Source: Bacteroidota bacterium (GTDB lineage: Bacteria > Bacteroidota > Bacteroidia > Chitinophagales > LD1). Taken from it: a stretch of DNA of 64,000 nucleotides. The notes under the pieces were generated by a model, which was given only the letters and a program-made list of their open reading frames with translations, did not search any database and had not been told where the DNA came from. Below, piece after piece: positions 9,793 through 21,708 of this stretch. The first letter of the stretch is position 1; each line of letters opens with the position of its first letter. The translations under genes were made by a program, and so were the position numbers. The DNA lies in NCBI GenBank assembly GCA_947479455.1, contig CANJZE010000006.1, positions 2,871-66,870 on the forward strand, read 5' to 3'.

Positions 9793-11199
9793 ATGAATAT
9801 CTCCTCGTTCGAAATTCTTTCACTGCTGTACTTGATTGGTTCAGTTACATTTATTATGGGCTTGAAAATGCTGAGTCACCCCGACAGTGCCCGTAAAGGG
9901 AATACAATTGCGGCTGTGGGTATGGGCATCGTCATCTTCGGAACAATTTTTCTTTACAGTGAGAACGGAACTTTTCTTTCTAATAAACTTCTGATTTTTG
10001 TTGCTCTTCTTCTCGGAACTGTAGTAGGCACTCGCGCAGCAAAAGTGGTGCAGATGACGCAAATGCCTGAGATGGTTTCTATATTCAATGGCATGGGTGG
10101 TGCCTGTGCAGCACTAATAGGAATGATTGAAATTCATCACGTGCAAAGCGGAGAAACTTCGCGCTTAGTGGCTATTACTGCGGGCTTGATTATTGGTACA
10201 ATCTCTTTCAGTGGTTCAATGGTAGCCTGGGGAAAATTAAACGGCAGATTCAAAGACAAAACTTTTCCGTTTCAGCAATACATCAATATTGGAATGATGC
10301 TGGTGATTCTTGCACTGGGTGCTGTAATCATTTTCAGTCCAAACGTTCACCCTTCGGTGCTTTACATAGAATTAAATCTTTGCATCCTCTACGGAATTTT
10401 ATTTGTGTTGCCTATTGGCGGTGCTGATATGCCTGTGGTGATTTCGTTGCTGAACTCTTTTACCGGAGTTGCTGCTGCCTGCGGTGGTTTTCTTTACGAT
10501 AACAAAGCCATGCTCACCGGTGGAATTTTAGTGGGTTCCGCAGGAACTATTCTTACCATACTCATGTGCAAAGCAATGAATCGTTCACTTACGAATGTGT
10601 TGATTGGTGCGTTCTCATCCAACTCTGCCAGCAATACTTCATCACCCGATAATCCGGATGAGCATTACAAAGAAGTTTCTATGAATGATGTGGCGGTGAT
10701 GATGACTTACGCTAAGAAAGTTATGATTGTTCCGGGTTATGGTTTAGCGGTGGCTCAAGCGCAACACAGTTGCCACGATTTGGAAAAAACACTCGAAGAA
10801 AAAGGTGTAGAGGTGAGATATGCAATTCATCCGGTAGCTGGTAGAATGCCCGGACACATGAACGTGTTGCTGGCGGAAGCCGATGTAGATTATTCGAAGC
10901 TGCTGGAAATGGATGATGCCAACACACAGTTTTCAACTACTGATGTTGTGATGATTCTCGGAGCGAATGATGTGGTGAACCCTGCGGCAAAAAATGATAA
11001 GTCTTCTCCTATTTACGGCATGCCTATTCTGGAAGTGGAAACAGCCAAGAATGTAATCGTGAATAAACGCTCAATGAGCGCAGGCTATGCGGGTGTGAGC
11101 AACGGTTTGTTTTACCAACCTAAAACTTCGATGTTGTTTGGTGATGCCAAAACAGTATTGCAAGAGTTAGTGAATGAGATTAAGCACAACGTGAATTAA
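9793..11199 (+). CDS. pntB: NAD(P) transhydrogenase subunit beta
   Basis: Multi-TM N-terminal part plus dIII domain (VPGYGLAVAQAQH...HPVAGRMPGHMNVLLAEA...GANDVVNP). Confidence 0.95.
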   Translation: MNISSFEILSLLYLIGSVTFIMGLKMLSHPDSARKGNTIAAVGMGIVIFGTIFLYSENGTFLSNKLLIFVALLLGTVVGTRAAKVVQMTQMPEMVSIFNGMGGACAALIGMIEIHHVQSGETSRLVAITAGLIIGTISFSGSMVAWGKLNGRFKDKTFPFQQYINIGMMLVILALGAVIIFSPNVHPSVLYIELNLCILYGILFVLPIGGADMPVVISLLNSFTGVAAACGGFLYDNKAMLTGGILVGSAGTILTILMCKAMNRSLTNVLIGAFSSNSASNTSSPDNPDEHYKEVSMNDVAVMMTYAKKVMIVPGYGLAVAQAQHSCHDLEKTLEEKGVEVRYAIHPVAGRMPGHMNVLLAEADVDYSKLLEMDDANTQFSTTDVVMILGANDVVNPAAKNDKSSPIYGMPILEVETAKNVIVNKRSMSAGYAGVSNGLFYQPKTSMLFGDAKTVLQELVNEIKHNVN

Positions 11200-11263
11200 A
11201 AAAGAGAAGCCCGGATCGAGCGACCCGGACTTCCTTACACACTAACTAAAGGAAGAGAATTTT

Positions 11264-11298
11264 AAGAATGCGGAATGTAGAATTCGGATTACGGATTT
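11264..11298. repeat. heptamer array (AAGAATG CGGAATG TAGAATT CGGATTA CGGATTT)
   Basis: Read directly. Lies between the convergent pntB and clpB ends. Confidence 0.75.
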
Positions 11299-11302
11299 AA
11301 AA

Positions 11303-11326
11303 CCCTTCGACAAGCTCAGGGTGACA
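11303..11326. repeat. single arm of REP-like element (CCCTTCGACAAGCTCAGGGTGACA)
   Basis: Matches the arms at 9411..9432 and 46003..46025. Confidence 0.8.
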
Positions 11327-11338
11327 TATCGCTAACTG

Positions 11339-13936
11339 TTATTCAGTTCTAAACACCAATCCGCTTTCAAACGCATCTACAATTATTTTTTTGCCTTTTT
11401 CTACTTCACCCGAAAGAATCTTTTTAGAAAGTTCATTCACCAACTCTTTTTGAATAACCCGTTTCAACGGACGTGCACCATATTGCGGGTCGAAGCCTTG
11501 CTCGCCTAAATAGTCGAGAGCATCGGGAGTAATTTCTAAAGTGATTTCTTTTTGAAGTAATAGCTTCTTTAAATCGTTCAATTGTAAATCAACAATCTGT
11601 CGAATCTGTTTTTTCATTAAAGGATGGAACATTACTATTTCATCAATGCGATTCAGAAACTCGGGACGAACAGATTGTTTCAGCCTTTCCATTACTTCTA
11701 CCTTTGCTTTTTCGGAAACAGCTACTACATCTTTCTCCTTCAGGTTTTCGAATGCCGCCTGAATAATATCGGAGCCAATGTTCGAAGTCATGATGATGAG
11801 TGTGTTTTTGAAATTGACAGTGCGACCTTTGTTATCGGTTAATCTTCCATCATCCAACACCTGCAACAGAATATTGAAAACATCAGGGTGTGCTTTTTCA
11901 ATTTCATCGAAAAGGATAACACTGTAAGGTCTTCTGCGCACAGCTTCGGTCAACTGACCGCCTTCATCGTAACCCACATAACCCGGAGGCGAACCAACCA
12001 GGCGGCTCACCGAATGTTTTTCCTGATACTCGCTCATGTCAATTCGAATCATAGCGTGTTCATCGTTGAACAAAATAAAACTTAATGCCTTGCTCAATTC
12101 GGTTTTGCCAACGCCTGTGGTACCGAGAAACAAAAACGAACCAATAGGTTTGCGTTCATCCTGCAAGCCCGCGCGGCTTCTGCGGATAGCATCTGCCACT
12201 ACGGTAATTCCTTCGTCCTGTCCTTTCACGCGCTCTCGCAATCGGTCTTCAAGGTGAAGCAGTTTTTCTTTTTCGCCTTCGAGCATACGCGTTACCGGAA
12301 TGCCCGTCCACTTGGCTACGATTGCCGCAATGTCTTCGCTAGTTACTTCTTCCTGCAAAATTCTTTTATCGGCAGAAATTTTGTTGAGGTCACCTTCGAG
12401 TTTCTTGATAGCATCTTCAGTAGCTTTAATTTTTCCGTAACGAAGCTCAGCCACTTTACCGTAGTCGCCTTCGCGTTCGAAACGTTCGGCATCTGCTTTA
12501 AACGTTTCTATTTCGCGTTTGCGCGCGGTTATTTTATCTACAATTTCTTTTTCGCTTTGCCACTTCGCTTTAAACTCGGTTCTGCGCTCTTTCAAATTCG
12601 AAAGTTCTTCGTTGAGTTCGCTCAACTTCTTTTTATCGTTCTCGCGCTTGATGGCTTCAATTTCAATTTCAATCTGCATGATGCGTCTTTCAATTTCATC
12701 GAGCTCTTCGGGCATCGAATCCATTTCGAGGCGAAGTTTGGCTCCGGCTTCATCAATTAAATCAATCGCCTTGTCGGGCAGAAAACGCTCGGTGATATAT
12801 CGGCTGCTCAATGTAACCGCGCTGATAATAGCATCGTCTTTAATGCGCACCTTGTGGTGATTTTCGTAACGCTCTTTCAAGCCGCGCAAAATTGAAATAG
12901 CATCTTCCACACTCGGTTCATCTACAAATACTTTTTGGAAACGTCTTTCAAGCGCTTTGTCTTTCTCAAAATATTTTTGGTATTCGTTTAGTGTGGTTGC
13001 TCCCACAGCGCGGAGTTCCCCTCTTGCTAATTCGGGCTTAATAATATTTGCTGCATCCATTGCACCTTCAGTAGCACCGGCACCTATAAGCGTGTGAATT
13101 TCATCAATAAACAAAATGATTTTGCCGTTGCTCTCTTTCACTTCTTTCACCACGGCTTTCAAACGCTCTTCAAAATCGCCACGGTATTTGGCACCCGCCA
13201 TCAGCGCGCCCATGTCGAGCGCGTAAATCACTTTGCTCTTTAAGTTTTCGGGCACATCGCCTTTTACAATACGGTGTGCAATGCCTTCGGCAATGGCAGT
13301 TTTTCCCACACCAGGTTCGCCTACGAGAAGCGGATTGTTTTTTGTTTTGCGACTAAGTATGTGCATCACCCTGCGTATTTCTTCATCGCGACCAATAACC
13401 GGGTCGAGCTTTCCTGCTCGCGCACTAGCGTTTAAGTTGATCGCGTATTTATCAAGCGAATTGTATTTAGCATCCGCACCTTGCTCGGTCACCTTGGTTC
13501 CTTTGCGCAGTTCAATAATTGCCGCGCGCAGTTTCTTTTCTTCTACGCCTGCTTCTTTCAAAACCTTCGTAGCATCGTCATTCATCGCCAACATCGCGAG
13601 TAGCAGAATATCTACACCCACAAAGGTGTCTTCAAAATCTTTCATCACTTTGTTTGCCTGCAAAAGCAATTTGCCGAAATTGGGCGAAGGCACCACATCG
13701 GCATTGCCGCCCGAAACCTTCGGCAGAGCTTTTATTTTCTCTTCCACTTTGCCGAGCAAAATGTTTTTGTTGACACCCGCTTTTTCGAGCACAAAAGGCA
13801 AAGCATCTTCATCGGCAAGCAGCATACCCTTGAGCAGGTGAATGATTTCCATCTGCGGGTTTCCGTTGTTAAAAGCTTCTTGCTGCGCGGTGCTTAGCGC
13901 TTCAAGGGCTTTGGTGGTGAAATTGTTAGCGTTCAT
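11339..13936 (-). CDS. clpB: ATP-dependent chaperone/disaggregase ClpB
   Basis: Clp N-domain, two AAA+ modules ([13 protein letters not shown]; [13 protein letters not shown]), long coiled-coil M-domain. 865 aa. Confidence 0.97.
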   Translation of the reverse strand: MNANNFTTKALEALSTAQQEAFNNGNPQMEIIHLLKGMLLADEDALPFVLEKAGVNKNILLGKVEEKIKALPKVSGGNADVVPSPNFGKLLLQANKVMKDFEDTFVGVDILLLAMLAMNDDATKVLKEAGVEEKKLRAAIIELRKGTKVTEQGADAKYNSLDKYAINLNASARAGKLDPVIGRDEEIRRVMHILSRKTKNNPLLVGEPGVGKTAIAEGIAHRIVKGDVPENLKSKVIYALDMGALMAGAKYRGDFEERLKAVVKEVKESNGKIILFIDEIHTLIGAGATEGAMDAANIIKPELARGELRAVGATTLNEYQKYFEKDKALERRFQKVFVDEPSVEDAISILRGLKERYENHHKVRIKDDAIISAVTLSSRYITERFLPDKAIDLIDEAGAKLRLEMDSMPEELDEIERRIMQIEIEIEAIKRENDKKKLSELNEELSNLKERRTEFKAKWQSEKEIVDKITARKREIETFKADAERFEREGDYGKVAELRYGKIKATEDAIKKLEGDLNKISADKRILQEEVTSEDIAAIVAKWTGIPVTRMLEGEKEKLLHLEDRLRERVKGQDEGITVVADAIRRSRAGLQDERKPIGSFLFLGTTGVGKTELSKALSFILFNDEHAMIRIDMSEYQEKHSVSRLVGSPPGYVGYDEGGQLTEAVRRRPYSVILFDEIEKAHPDVFNILLQVLDDGRLTDNKGRTVNFKNTLIIMTSNIGSDIIQAAFENLKEKDVVAVSEKAKVEVMERLKQSVRPEFLNRIDEIVMFHPLMKKQIRQIVDLQLNDLKKLLLQKEITLEITPDALDYLGEQGFDPQYGARPLKRVIQKELVNELSKKILSGEVEKGKKIIVDAFESGLVFRTE

Positions 13937-13940
13937 TTTT

Positions 13941-13975
13941 TGAGTATTGACTAGTTAGTATTGAGTAATGAGAAA
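13941..13975. repeat. heptamer array (TGAGTAT TGACTAG TTAGTAT TGAGTAA TGAGAAA) abutting clpB start codon
   Basis: Read directly. Lies 4 nt upstream of the clpB ATG on the minus strand. Confidence 0.8.
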
Positions 13976-14299
13976 ATATAGAATGCAATGCGCATGCAAG
14001 GTGGCAAATCTCTGTCCACGCTTGTTATGATTACAATTTGGCAGGGGAATAAGCTGAATCAATGACAGAAAGGATGTTTAGATGGAAATGTGGCTGATAA
14101 TTTTGCAGGTAGAAAGGTTTACGGCTTTACAGTTTGAAATCGAATGAGTTCCCTGTTCAAACCTAGCGCAACGGACAAGCCACTTTATATTCCTCAAAAT
14201 CTTCCGCGCTCTTCCCTTCAAAATTTTACATTCGCGCCTCCTAAAAAGAACGGTTGATAGTTCAAAGGTAATGGTAAACAGAGAACTGAATTACCTTGA

Positions 14300-15955
<1,656 letters not shown>

Positions 15956-16080
15956 ATATAAGCACCCTTGTTTGCTTTTACTAAACGGTAATTTGTTTTA
16001 GAGCTAGCCTAGCTTTCGTATAAAACCGCGGAGTTTTTTTTGCTTTTTTCAAGGTTACATACGTTTCACTACTATTGCAC

Positions 16081-16872
16081 ATGCTCAATTTTATCTACTG
16101 GAATCCCTCTCCCGACTTTGTTACCATTGGCACATTCTCTATTAAATGGTATGGCGTTTTTTGGGGCATGTCGCTGTTGTCGTGCTTTTTTATTGGCCGC
16201 TATGTTTTCAAAAAGCTGAACTGGGACGATGAGAAAGTAACACTCCTTATTCAATATATGTTTGTTGGTGGATTGATTGGTGCACGATTGGCGCACATCG
16301 TTTTCTATCAACTCGATTTTTACATAGCGCATCCCGAAGACCTGATTGCCGTTTGGAAAGGTGGCTTGGCAAGTCACGGTGGTTTTGTAGGCGCAGCAAT
16401 TGGGTTGTGGTTGTTCTGCTATTACCACAAAGAGTTTAATTTCTTTCGATTGCTCGATGTGGGGGCAGTGAGTGTTATTGCTTTGGCGGCTCTAATTCGT
16501 TTGGGAAATTTGATGAACTCAGAACTTTACGGCAAAGAAACTTTTGTGCCTTGGGCGTTTGTGTTTGAGCAGGTAGATAATGTGCCGCGTCATGCGGTGG
16601 TATTGTATGAGAGTGTGGCATATTTCATTCTGCAAATAATAATTCTGCTTTTGTTCAACCGTTACAAACTTTCCAAGCCGGGAATGTATTTGGCGTTTTT
16701 CTTCACTACTGTTTTTGGGGTCCGGTTTCTGTTAGAGTTTTTTAAAGTGCCCGATGGACAAATGATTGGCTTCATCAGCAAAACGCAATTGCTCAACCTT
16801 CCTTTCATCATTACAGGTCTTGCATTAACTTATTTATCTGCTAACGATAAATTGAAGTACAGCAATGAATAG
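16081..16872 (+). CDS. lgt: prolipoprotein diacylglyceryl transferase
   Basis: Lgt-type N-terminus (WNPSPDF..IG.FSIKWYG) and GGLASHGG motif. I prefer ATG 16081 over TTG 16075. Confidence 0.9.
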   Translation: MLNFIYWNPSPDFVTIGTFSIKWYGVFWGMSLLSCFFIGRYVFKKLNWDDEKVTLLIQYMFVGGLIGARLAHIVFYQLDFYIAHPEDLIAVWKGGLASHGGFVGAAIGLWLFCYYHKEFNFFRLLDVGAVSVIALAALIRLGNLMNSELYGKETFVPWAFVFEQVDNVPRHAVVLYESVAYFILQIIILLLFNRYKLSKPGMYLAFFFTTVFGVRFLLEFFKVPDGQMIGFISKTQLLNLPFIITGLALTYLSANDKLKYSNE

Positions 16873-16886
16873 TTTTACTTTATTCC

Positions 16887-16918
16887 ATTCTCGCATTCTC
16901 GCATCCTCACCTTCTCAA
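16887..16918. repeat. octamer array (ATTCTCGC ATTCTCGC ATCCTCAC CTTCTCAA)
   Basis: Read directly, in the lgt-djlA-like spacer. Confidence 0.8.
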
Positions 16919-16929
16919 ATTGCTTTCTA

Positions 16930-17646
16930 ATGCGTTACGAAAAATGGTTGGGTGCAGGTTTAGGCTTTGCGTTTACCGGAAACCCCCTTGGTGGTTTGCT
17001 CGGCTTTATTGCGGGCACTTTAATTGAACGCGGAAACAAAAACGAAGCAGAAAAACTTGCGGATGGCGTTACCGAGTTTGAACTGAACTTGATAGTAATC
17101 GCCTCGCACCTCATTAAAATTGATGGAAAAGTTTCGCTAGCCGAAATAAATTTCCTTCAACATTTTCTTGATACACATTTCGATGAAAAGTTTTCTGCCA
17201 AGCGGCAACAAATAATTTCTCATTGCCTGACTAAGGAATACGATTTAGATGTAGCCTGCAATCAAATACGCATGAACACGCCTCATGCTACGCATATTCA
17301 AGTTGTTCGGTTTCTTCTCGACATGGCTTTATGCGATGGTGAACTGAACGAACGCGAGAATTATTTTGTGTTTCGCCTTGCAGGATATTTGAACGTGAAC
17401 GATGTTGATTTTAAGCGCTTAAAAACCGAGCACACCGAAGTAAAAGTTTCGGCTTACGAAGTTCTGGGGGTAAGAAGTGAAATGAGTTTTGAAGAAATTC
17501 GAATGGCTTACCGCAAATTAGTTTTGAAAGTTCACCCCGATAGAAATAAAGATGTAAGTGAAGAGGAACGCAAAAAATTAACCGCGCAGTTCCAAAAAAT
17601 TCAAGAGGCTTACGAGGTCGTTAAGCAGGAGAGAGGCGCGAAATAA
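16930..17646 (+). CDS. DjlA-like co-chaperone (TerB-like domain + C-terminal J domain)
   Basis: N-terminal Gly-rich membrane segment, TerB-like middle (DGKVSLAEINFL...LCDGELNERE), C-terminal J domain (YEVLGV...AYRKLVLKVHPDR). Confidence 0.75.
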   Translation: MRYEKWLGAGLGFAFTGNPLGGLLGFIAGTLIERGNKNEAEKLADGVTEFELNLIVIASHLIKIDGKVSLAEINFLQHFLDTHFDEKFSAKRQQIISHCLTKEYDLDVACNQIRMNTPHATHIQVVRFLLDMALCDGELNERENYFVFRLAGYLNVNDVDFKRLKTEHTEVKVSAYEVLGVRSEMSFEEIRMAYRKLVLKVHPDRNKDVSEEERKKLTAQFQKIQEAYEVVKQERGAK

Positions 17647-17757
17647 TCAATTACAAAAAATAATGTTCTGATAACAAAATGTGCGTTGTGAACAACAATG
17701 CCTAAAAACAAACATCTGTATTTAGCTGGCGTAAGATGTAGAAAATGATTTGACACC

Positions 17758-18249
17758 ATGCCTGCTTACAAAACAGATTACGAACACTACAACCTATCGC
17801 ACAGCAACTTTGTTGCGGCTTATAAATTGATCAACGAGTACGTTACCGATTTGTATATGATGCCGAAACATTTTTCGGAAGAAGCCGGAAAGGTGATGGA
17901 TGTAATTCATAGAGAGTATGCAATTCCACAAGCACCCGAAAAATCGAACGAAACTTTTCGTAGCGTGTTAGAATTTGTAAAACAGTTGGATGCGTTTACG
18001 CTTCACACCATCAATTTATTCAACGAACATAAAGCGCATTTAGACTGGTCAGAGGTATACATGAACAATGTGGAGCGAATGAAAAATGCCGGTGAAGTAA
18101 TTTCCGATTTGGAATATTCGGAATTGGCAGAAGAAGTGAATGAGCTTTTGAGCGGCTTGAGAATGATTAAAGAAAAAGCCGACAAGACTATTGAGTGGCT
18201 CGATCAATTGGATGTGCGTTGGGAAAGCATTAGAGAAAAATTAGGATAA
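17758..18249 (+). CDS. hypothetical helical protein, paralog A (163 aa)
   Basis: ORF track. Aligns without gaps to the 18410..18901 product. Confidence 0.6.
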   Translation: MPAYKTDYEHYNLSHSNFVAAYKLINEYVTDLYMMPKHFSEEAGKVMDVIHREYAIPQAPEKSNETFRSVLEFVKQLDAFTLHTINLFNEHKAHLDWSEVYMNNVERMKNAGEVISDLEYSELAEEVNELLSGLRMIKEKADKTIEWLDQLDVRWESIREKLG

Positions 18250-18409
18250 ATTTTGTTGGTGATAAAGCCAACTCGCTTTAACGAGCAGCAAAACAATGTG
18301 TTTCGAAAAGAAATTAAGATTTCACAAAACACGCGTTGTTCGTTACAAGAGGCAAAACATTGATAAGAGGCGGGGGGCAACATATATTGCATGTATAAAA
18401 TAACAACTT

Positions 18410-18901
18410 ATGCTGCAAACAGAAAATCCCCAAGACCGTTTTATGAATTTGCACCTTGAATTTGTGGAGCAGTTTAAAAGTGTGAACAGCGATATGAAAA
18501 CGCTATACGCTTTGCCACACAAATTTATTGAAGACAACGCTTCGGCTATTGATCAGTTTTTAGCCACCGCAAGTATTCCTGGTGCACCGGAAAGTTTTGA
18601 TCGTTCGGTAAAAGGAGTAAAGGATTTTTTGTATCAGATAGAGGATTTCAAATATCAAACGATGGAATTGTTTTTTGAGCATCGTTCGTATAGCGATAAA
18701 TGTGTGGAGTATTTGAGAAGATCGCAGGAGATTAGAAAAAGCAACCTCAGCGGAATTAAATCAACTAAAATGTTGAATGGTTTAATGGAAGAGTTGACCG
18801 CGTTGCGTTTTGGATTAACACGCTTGCGCGAAAAAGGTGGAGAGATGATGATTCAACTCAAAACCATACAAGGTAAATGGCAAAACATAAAGAGTAATTA
18901 A
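18410..18901 (+). CDS. hypothetical helical protein, paralog B (163 aa)
   Basis: ORF track. Same length as paralog A. Shared positions include H15, FV18-19, LY32-33, P36, F39, E41, D48, IP56-57, APE59-61. Confidence 0.6.
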   Translation: MLQTENPQDRFMNLHLEFVEQFKSVNSDMKTLYALPHKFIEDNASAIDQFLATASIPGAPESFDRSVKGVKDFLYQIEDFKYQTMELFFEHRSYSDKCVEYLRRSQEIRKSNLSGIKSTKMLNGLMEELTALRFGLTRLREKGGEMMIQLKTIQGKWQNIKSN

Positions 18902-18955
18902 GATAAGCCCCCGACACTAACAAAGAAAAGAAAGAGCATGGTGGTTCAAATGAGG

Positions 18956-18989
18956 CCTCTCTCGCGAAAGCGGAGGGGTTTCTTTTTTT
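18956..18989 (+). terminator. intrinsic terminator after paralog B
   Basis: CCTCTCTCGC-GAAA-GCGGAGGGG stem with a GNRA loop, followed by TTTCTTTTTTT. Confidence 0.8.
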
Positions 18990-19004
18990 GTATAAGTTGA
19001 GTCT

Positions 19005-21509
19005 CTAATTTATCTTCCTCCATACGGTTCCATCCGAAATAATTTGGAGCGGAGTGTCCACCGCCAAACTGCTAATGGTTGTAGCACTACCTACGGTAAC
19101 GCTAGATATATTCAGTGCCACGGTGCTATGATTGATGATGGTGTAAAGTCTTCCAACACTGCTACCAGCAGCTGGAATGGTAATTGTTTGGGAAGTGGTG
19201 CTACCGGTAAAAATAAGGCATTGATCATCGGTTGCAAGGGTAGTGCTTGCCGTAACGTTTCGAACTGCTAAAGCAATGGAGCCATTTACATGCAACATAC
19301 TGGTAGGAATATTTATTCCAATGCCAACATTGACGGTGGCAGTGGCACCGTTTACTCCATTCACACTTCCCAGCACCATACTATTACTTTGGTTTACCCT
19401 GGCATTCCATCCAATAGCAGTTGCGTTGATATGGTTCACCGCACTCACATCGGCACTATCGCCCAAGAAGGTATTTCTGCTTCCAATACCGTTAAAGGCA
19501 CCGGCTTTATAACCTACTGCGGTATTTGAATTGCCCGAAGTAGCTGGCAAAGCTTGTTGCCCAAAAGCAGAATTAAAACTACCCGATGAATTGGTAGTCA
19601 TGGAACTGCTGCCGTATGCTGTGTTACTACCACCGGTAGTGTTGTTAATTAAACTGAAATAACCATACGCTGTGTTATCGCTACCTGTTGAGTTGGATAA
19701 TAAAGGTCTATCACCCACACCGGTGTTTCTATTGCCGGTGCTGTTTGCTCCTAATGCAATATTTCCAACCGCAGTGTTAGATGCTCCCGTTGTATTTAAC
19801 TGCAAGCTTGTATAACCAACTGCTGTATTTAAATTGGCAAGGTTTCTTTCCAAAGCTTTGCTTCCTAAGGCCGTGTTTTGTGTGCCGGTAGCATTTAAGC
19901 GCAGCGCACTATCACCTATTGCTACATTGTTCGAAACGGTATTGGTATAAAGCGCCTTTGAGCCTACCGCTACATTGCTATTGCCGCTAACGTTGGTATA
20001 GAGAGCCTGGTACCCAAGGGCTGTATTTGCCCCGCCCGTTGTAGTAAAATAAAGTGTGTTTGTGCCAAAGCCGGCATTGTAACTTCCGGTGGTGTTGTTA
20101 AATAACGACTGGTTACCATAACCCGAGTTAAAAATTCCTGTTGTATTTACTCCTCCTGTTTGATACCCAAAAAAGGCATTAGCCAGCAAATGGTCAATAC
20201 GTCCAGCTTTTTGGTTGTTTACCTTAATGGCAAAAGGAATGTTATCGGTTGTTCCAATGAAATTAGTGCCGTCAACGGTGCCCGTATTACCGATAAGACC
20301 CCAAGCGCTGCTAACTCCATCGGCCCCGCTAGGTCCTGTGGCACCTGTAGCACCAGTTGTTCCTGTGCCCGTTGAACCAGTTACCCCTGTTCCTGCTGCT
20401 CCAGTGATACCGGTTGTTCCGTCTGCACCGGTAGCTCCAGTAGCTCCTGCTGCTCCTGTAGTACCTGCCGCTCCTGTTGTTCCTGCTGCTCCTGTGGCGC
20501 CTGCCGCTCCTGTTGGGCCAGTGTTAACAGCGTTAGAAGCTGCGGCTATCCAGCGGTTATCGGTAGCGTTGTAATGCAGGGTTACAGAACCAAATCCATT
20601 TACGGTTAGGTCGGTACTGTTACCACAGTAAATTCGGTTAGAAATGGTGGAAGAAGTGCTGTTATGAGTTAAGGTCATGTTGAAAGCAGTAGCGTTGTAA
20701 AGCACTAGTATTCTTCCATCCTGACCGCCTGTAAATCCGGTAATGTTGAATGCAGCAGTAGGACCAGTAATGCGATAGAAACTTTTGCCCGCAGGGAAAG
20801 GATTGTTGGCAGTAACTACGTTATTGTTTGCTCCGTTTGCCAAGGTGAGCGCGCCTTCGCGCAGAGCTAAATCTCCGTTAATATCCAGGTAGGTAAGGGG
20901 CGAGCCTCCAATACCTACCAAACCGTTTCTGTTGATACGCATACGCTCTACAGGAGTGGAGGTGGAGTTCCCCGGATTGGTTGAAAAAGCAATTCTGCCT
21001 GCCATATTACTTGTCCCAGAAGTGGAGTCAACAAGCATTTCAATTCGAGCGGCATTTATGTAAACAGAACCATCATAACCACGACCGTCAATACGGCCCA
21101 AAGAGCCAGCGCTACCAATAAGGGTTGGTGCCCCAATAGTGCCACCTGAACGCCTGAACCAAAATTCATTTGGATTACCATAATTGGTTGATATATAGGT
21201 TGGATTGCCATTTTTTGTGTTTGTTATTTCAAGCATGCCACTCAGAGAAGGAACGGTGGTACCAATACCCACTCTGCCACCGGTATCTATGGTCATTCTG
21301 CGAATATTATTGGTGCGGAAGCTGAGGTAATTTTGGTCGGTTGTGCCCACAAAATGTAGGGAAGTATCGATACCGCTATTGCCCTTAATTTTCCAAAAAG
21401 GAAAGGCAGGGTTTTGGGTTTCAGCCTGACCGAATACGCGGTTTGCAGATAAAAATAGAACGAGAACAAAATGGAGTAATGGTTTAAAACGAGCGCAAGA
21501 ATTCTTCAT
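19005..21509 (-). CDS. secreted repeat protein: tail-fibre-like modules + collagen-like GXY tract + NTAxG (Hep_Hag/YadA-head-like) repeats
   Basis: Signal peptide starts at the internal ATG 21509 ([28 protein letters not shown]). GXY triplets run over 20316..20519. There are at least 12 repeats of the ..NTA(V/L/Y)G..(A/S)L..N..G.. type over about 19365..20174. Confidence 0.8.
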   Translation of the reverse strand: MKNSCARFKPLLHFVLVLFLSANRVFGQAETQNPAFPFWKIKGNSGIDTSLHFVGTTDQNYLSFRTNNIRRMTIDTGGRVGIGTTVPSLSGMLEITNTKNGNPTYISTNYGNPNEFWFRRSGGTIGAPTLIGSAGSLGRIDGRGYDGSVYINAARIEMLVDSTSGTSNMAGRIAFSTNPGNSTSTPVERMRINRNGLVGIGGSPLTYLDINGDLALREGALTLANGANNNVVTANNPFPAGKSFYRITGPTAAFNITGFTGGQDGRILVLYNATAFNMTLTHNSTSSTISNRIYCGNSTDLTVNGFGSVTLHYNATDNRWIAAASNAVNTGPTGAAGATGAAGTTGAAGTTGAAGATGATGADGTTGITGAAGTGVTGSTGTGTTGATGATGPSGADGVSSAWGLIGNTGTVDGTNFIGTTDNIPFAIKVNNQKAGRIDHLLANAFFGYQTGGVNTTGIFNSGYGNQSLFNNTTGSYNAGFGTNTLYFTTTGGANTALGYQALYTNVSGNSNVAVGSKALYTNTVSNNVAIGDSALRLNATGTQNTALGSKALERNLANLNTAVGYTSLQLNTTGASNTAVGNIALGANSTGNRNTGVGDRPLLSNSTGSDNTAYGYFSLINNTTGGSNTAYGSSSMTTNSSGSFNSAFGQQALPATSGNSNTAVGYKAGAFNGIGSRNTFLGDSADVSAVNHINATAIGWNARVNQSNSMVLGSVNGVNGATATVNVGIGINIPTSMLHVNGSIALAVRNVTASTTLATDDQCLIFTGSTTSQTITIPAAGSSVGRLYTIINHSTVALNISSVTVGSATTISSLAVDTPLQIISDGTVWRKIN

Positions 21510-21708
21510 AATTTTTGAAATGAAATAGAGCTCTTTCTTCGTGTGTGTAAAGAAATAAGCGGTGCAATGTACACCGAAGAATTGAGAAAACAGAATCAAG
21601 AAAGTATTGGTAATGAAGAAGGCTTAAGCTTTGCGTGAAAGTTTTGAATAGCAGGGGTTATCTCTCAATTGCCAGCACTTTTTTCTTCGCTGAACGAGGT
21701 GTGGGTAT

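Noticed and set aside
11206-11233. GAAGCCCGG...CCGGACTTC hairpin after pntB as an intrinsic terminator
   Set aside because: The stem is only 8/9 complementary and no T-run follows. It was not listed as a feature, although it may still contribute to termination together with the adjacent heptamer array and REP arm.
11624-13841. Several long plus-strand ORFs (72-202 aa; e.g. 12254..12760, 12519..12860, 13233..13841) opposite clpB
   Set aside because: They lie entirely antisense to a full-length, strongly recognisable ClpB. Their products are low-complexity (Ser/Phe/Ile-rich) with no motifs. These are typical shadow ORFs.
16072-16428. 118-aa minus-strand ORF opposite lgt
   Set aside because: It is antisense to a clearly recognisable Lgt and shows no independent coding evidence.
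20215-20574. 119-aa ORF rich in PVAPVAP repeats
   Set aside because: It is the antisense reading of the GXY collagen-like tract of the 19005..21509 gene. The repeat pattern is a mirror artefact.
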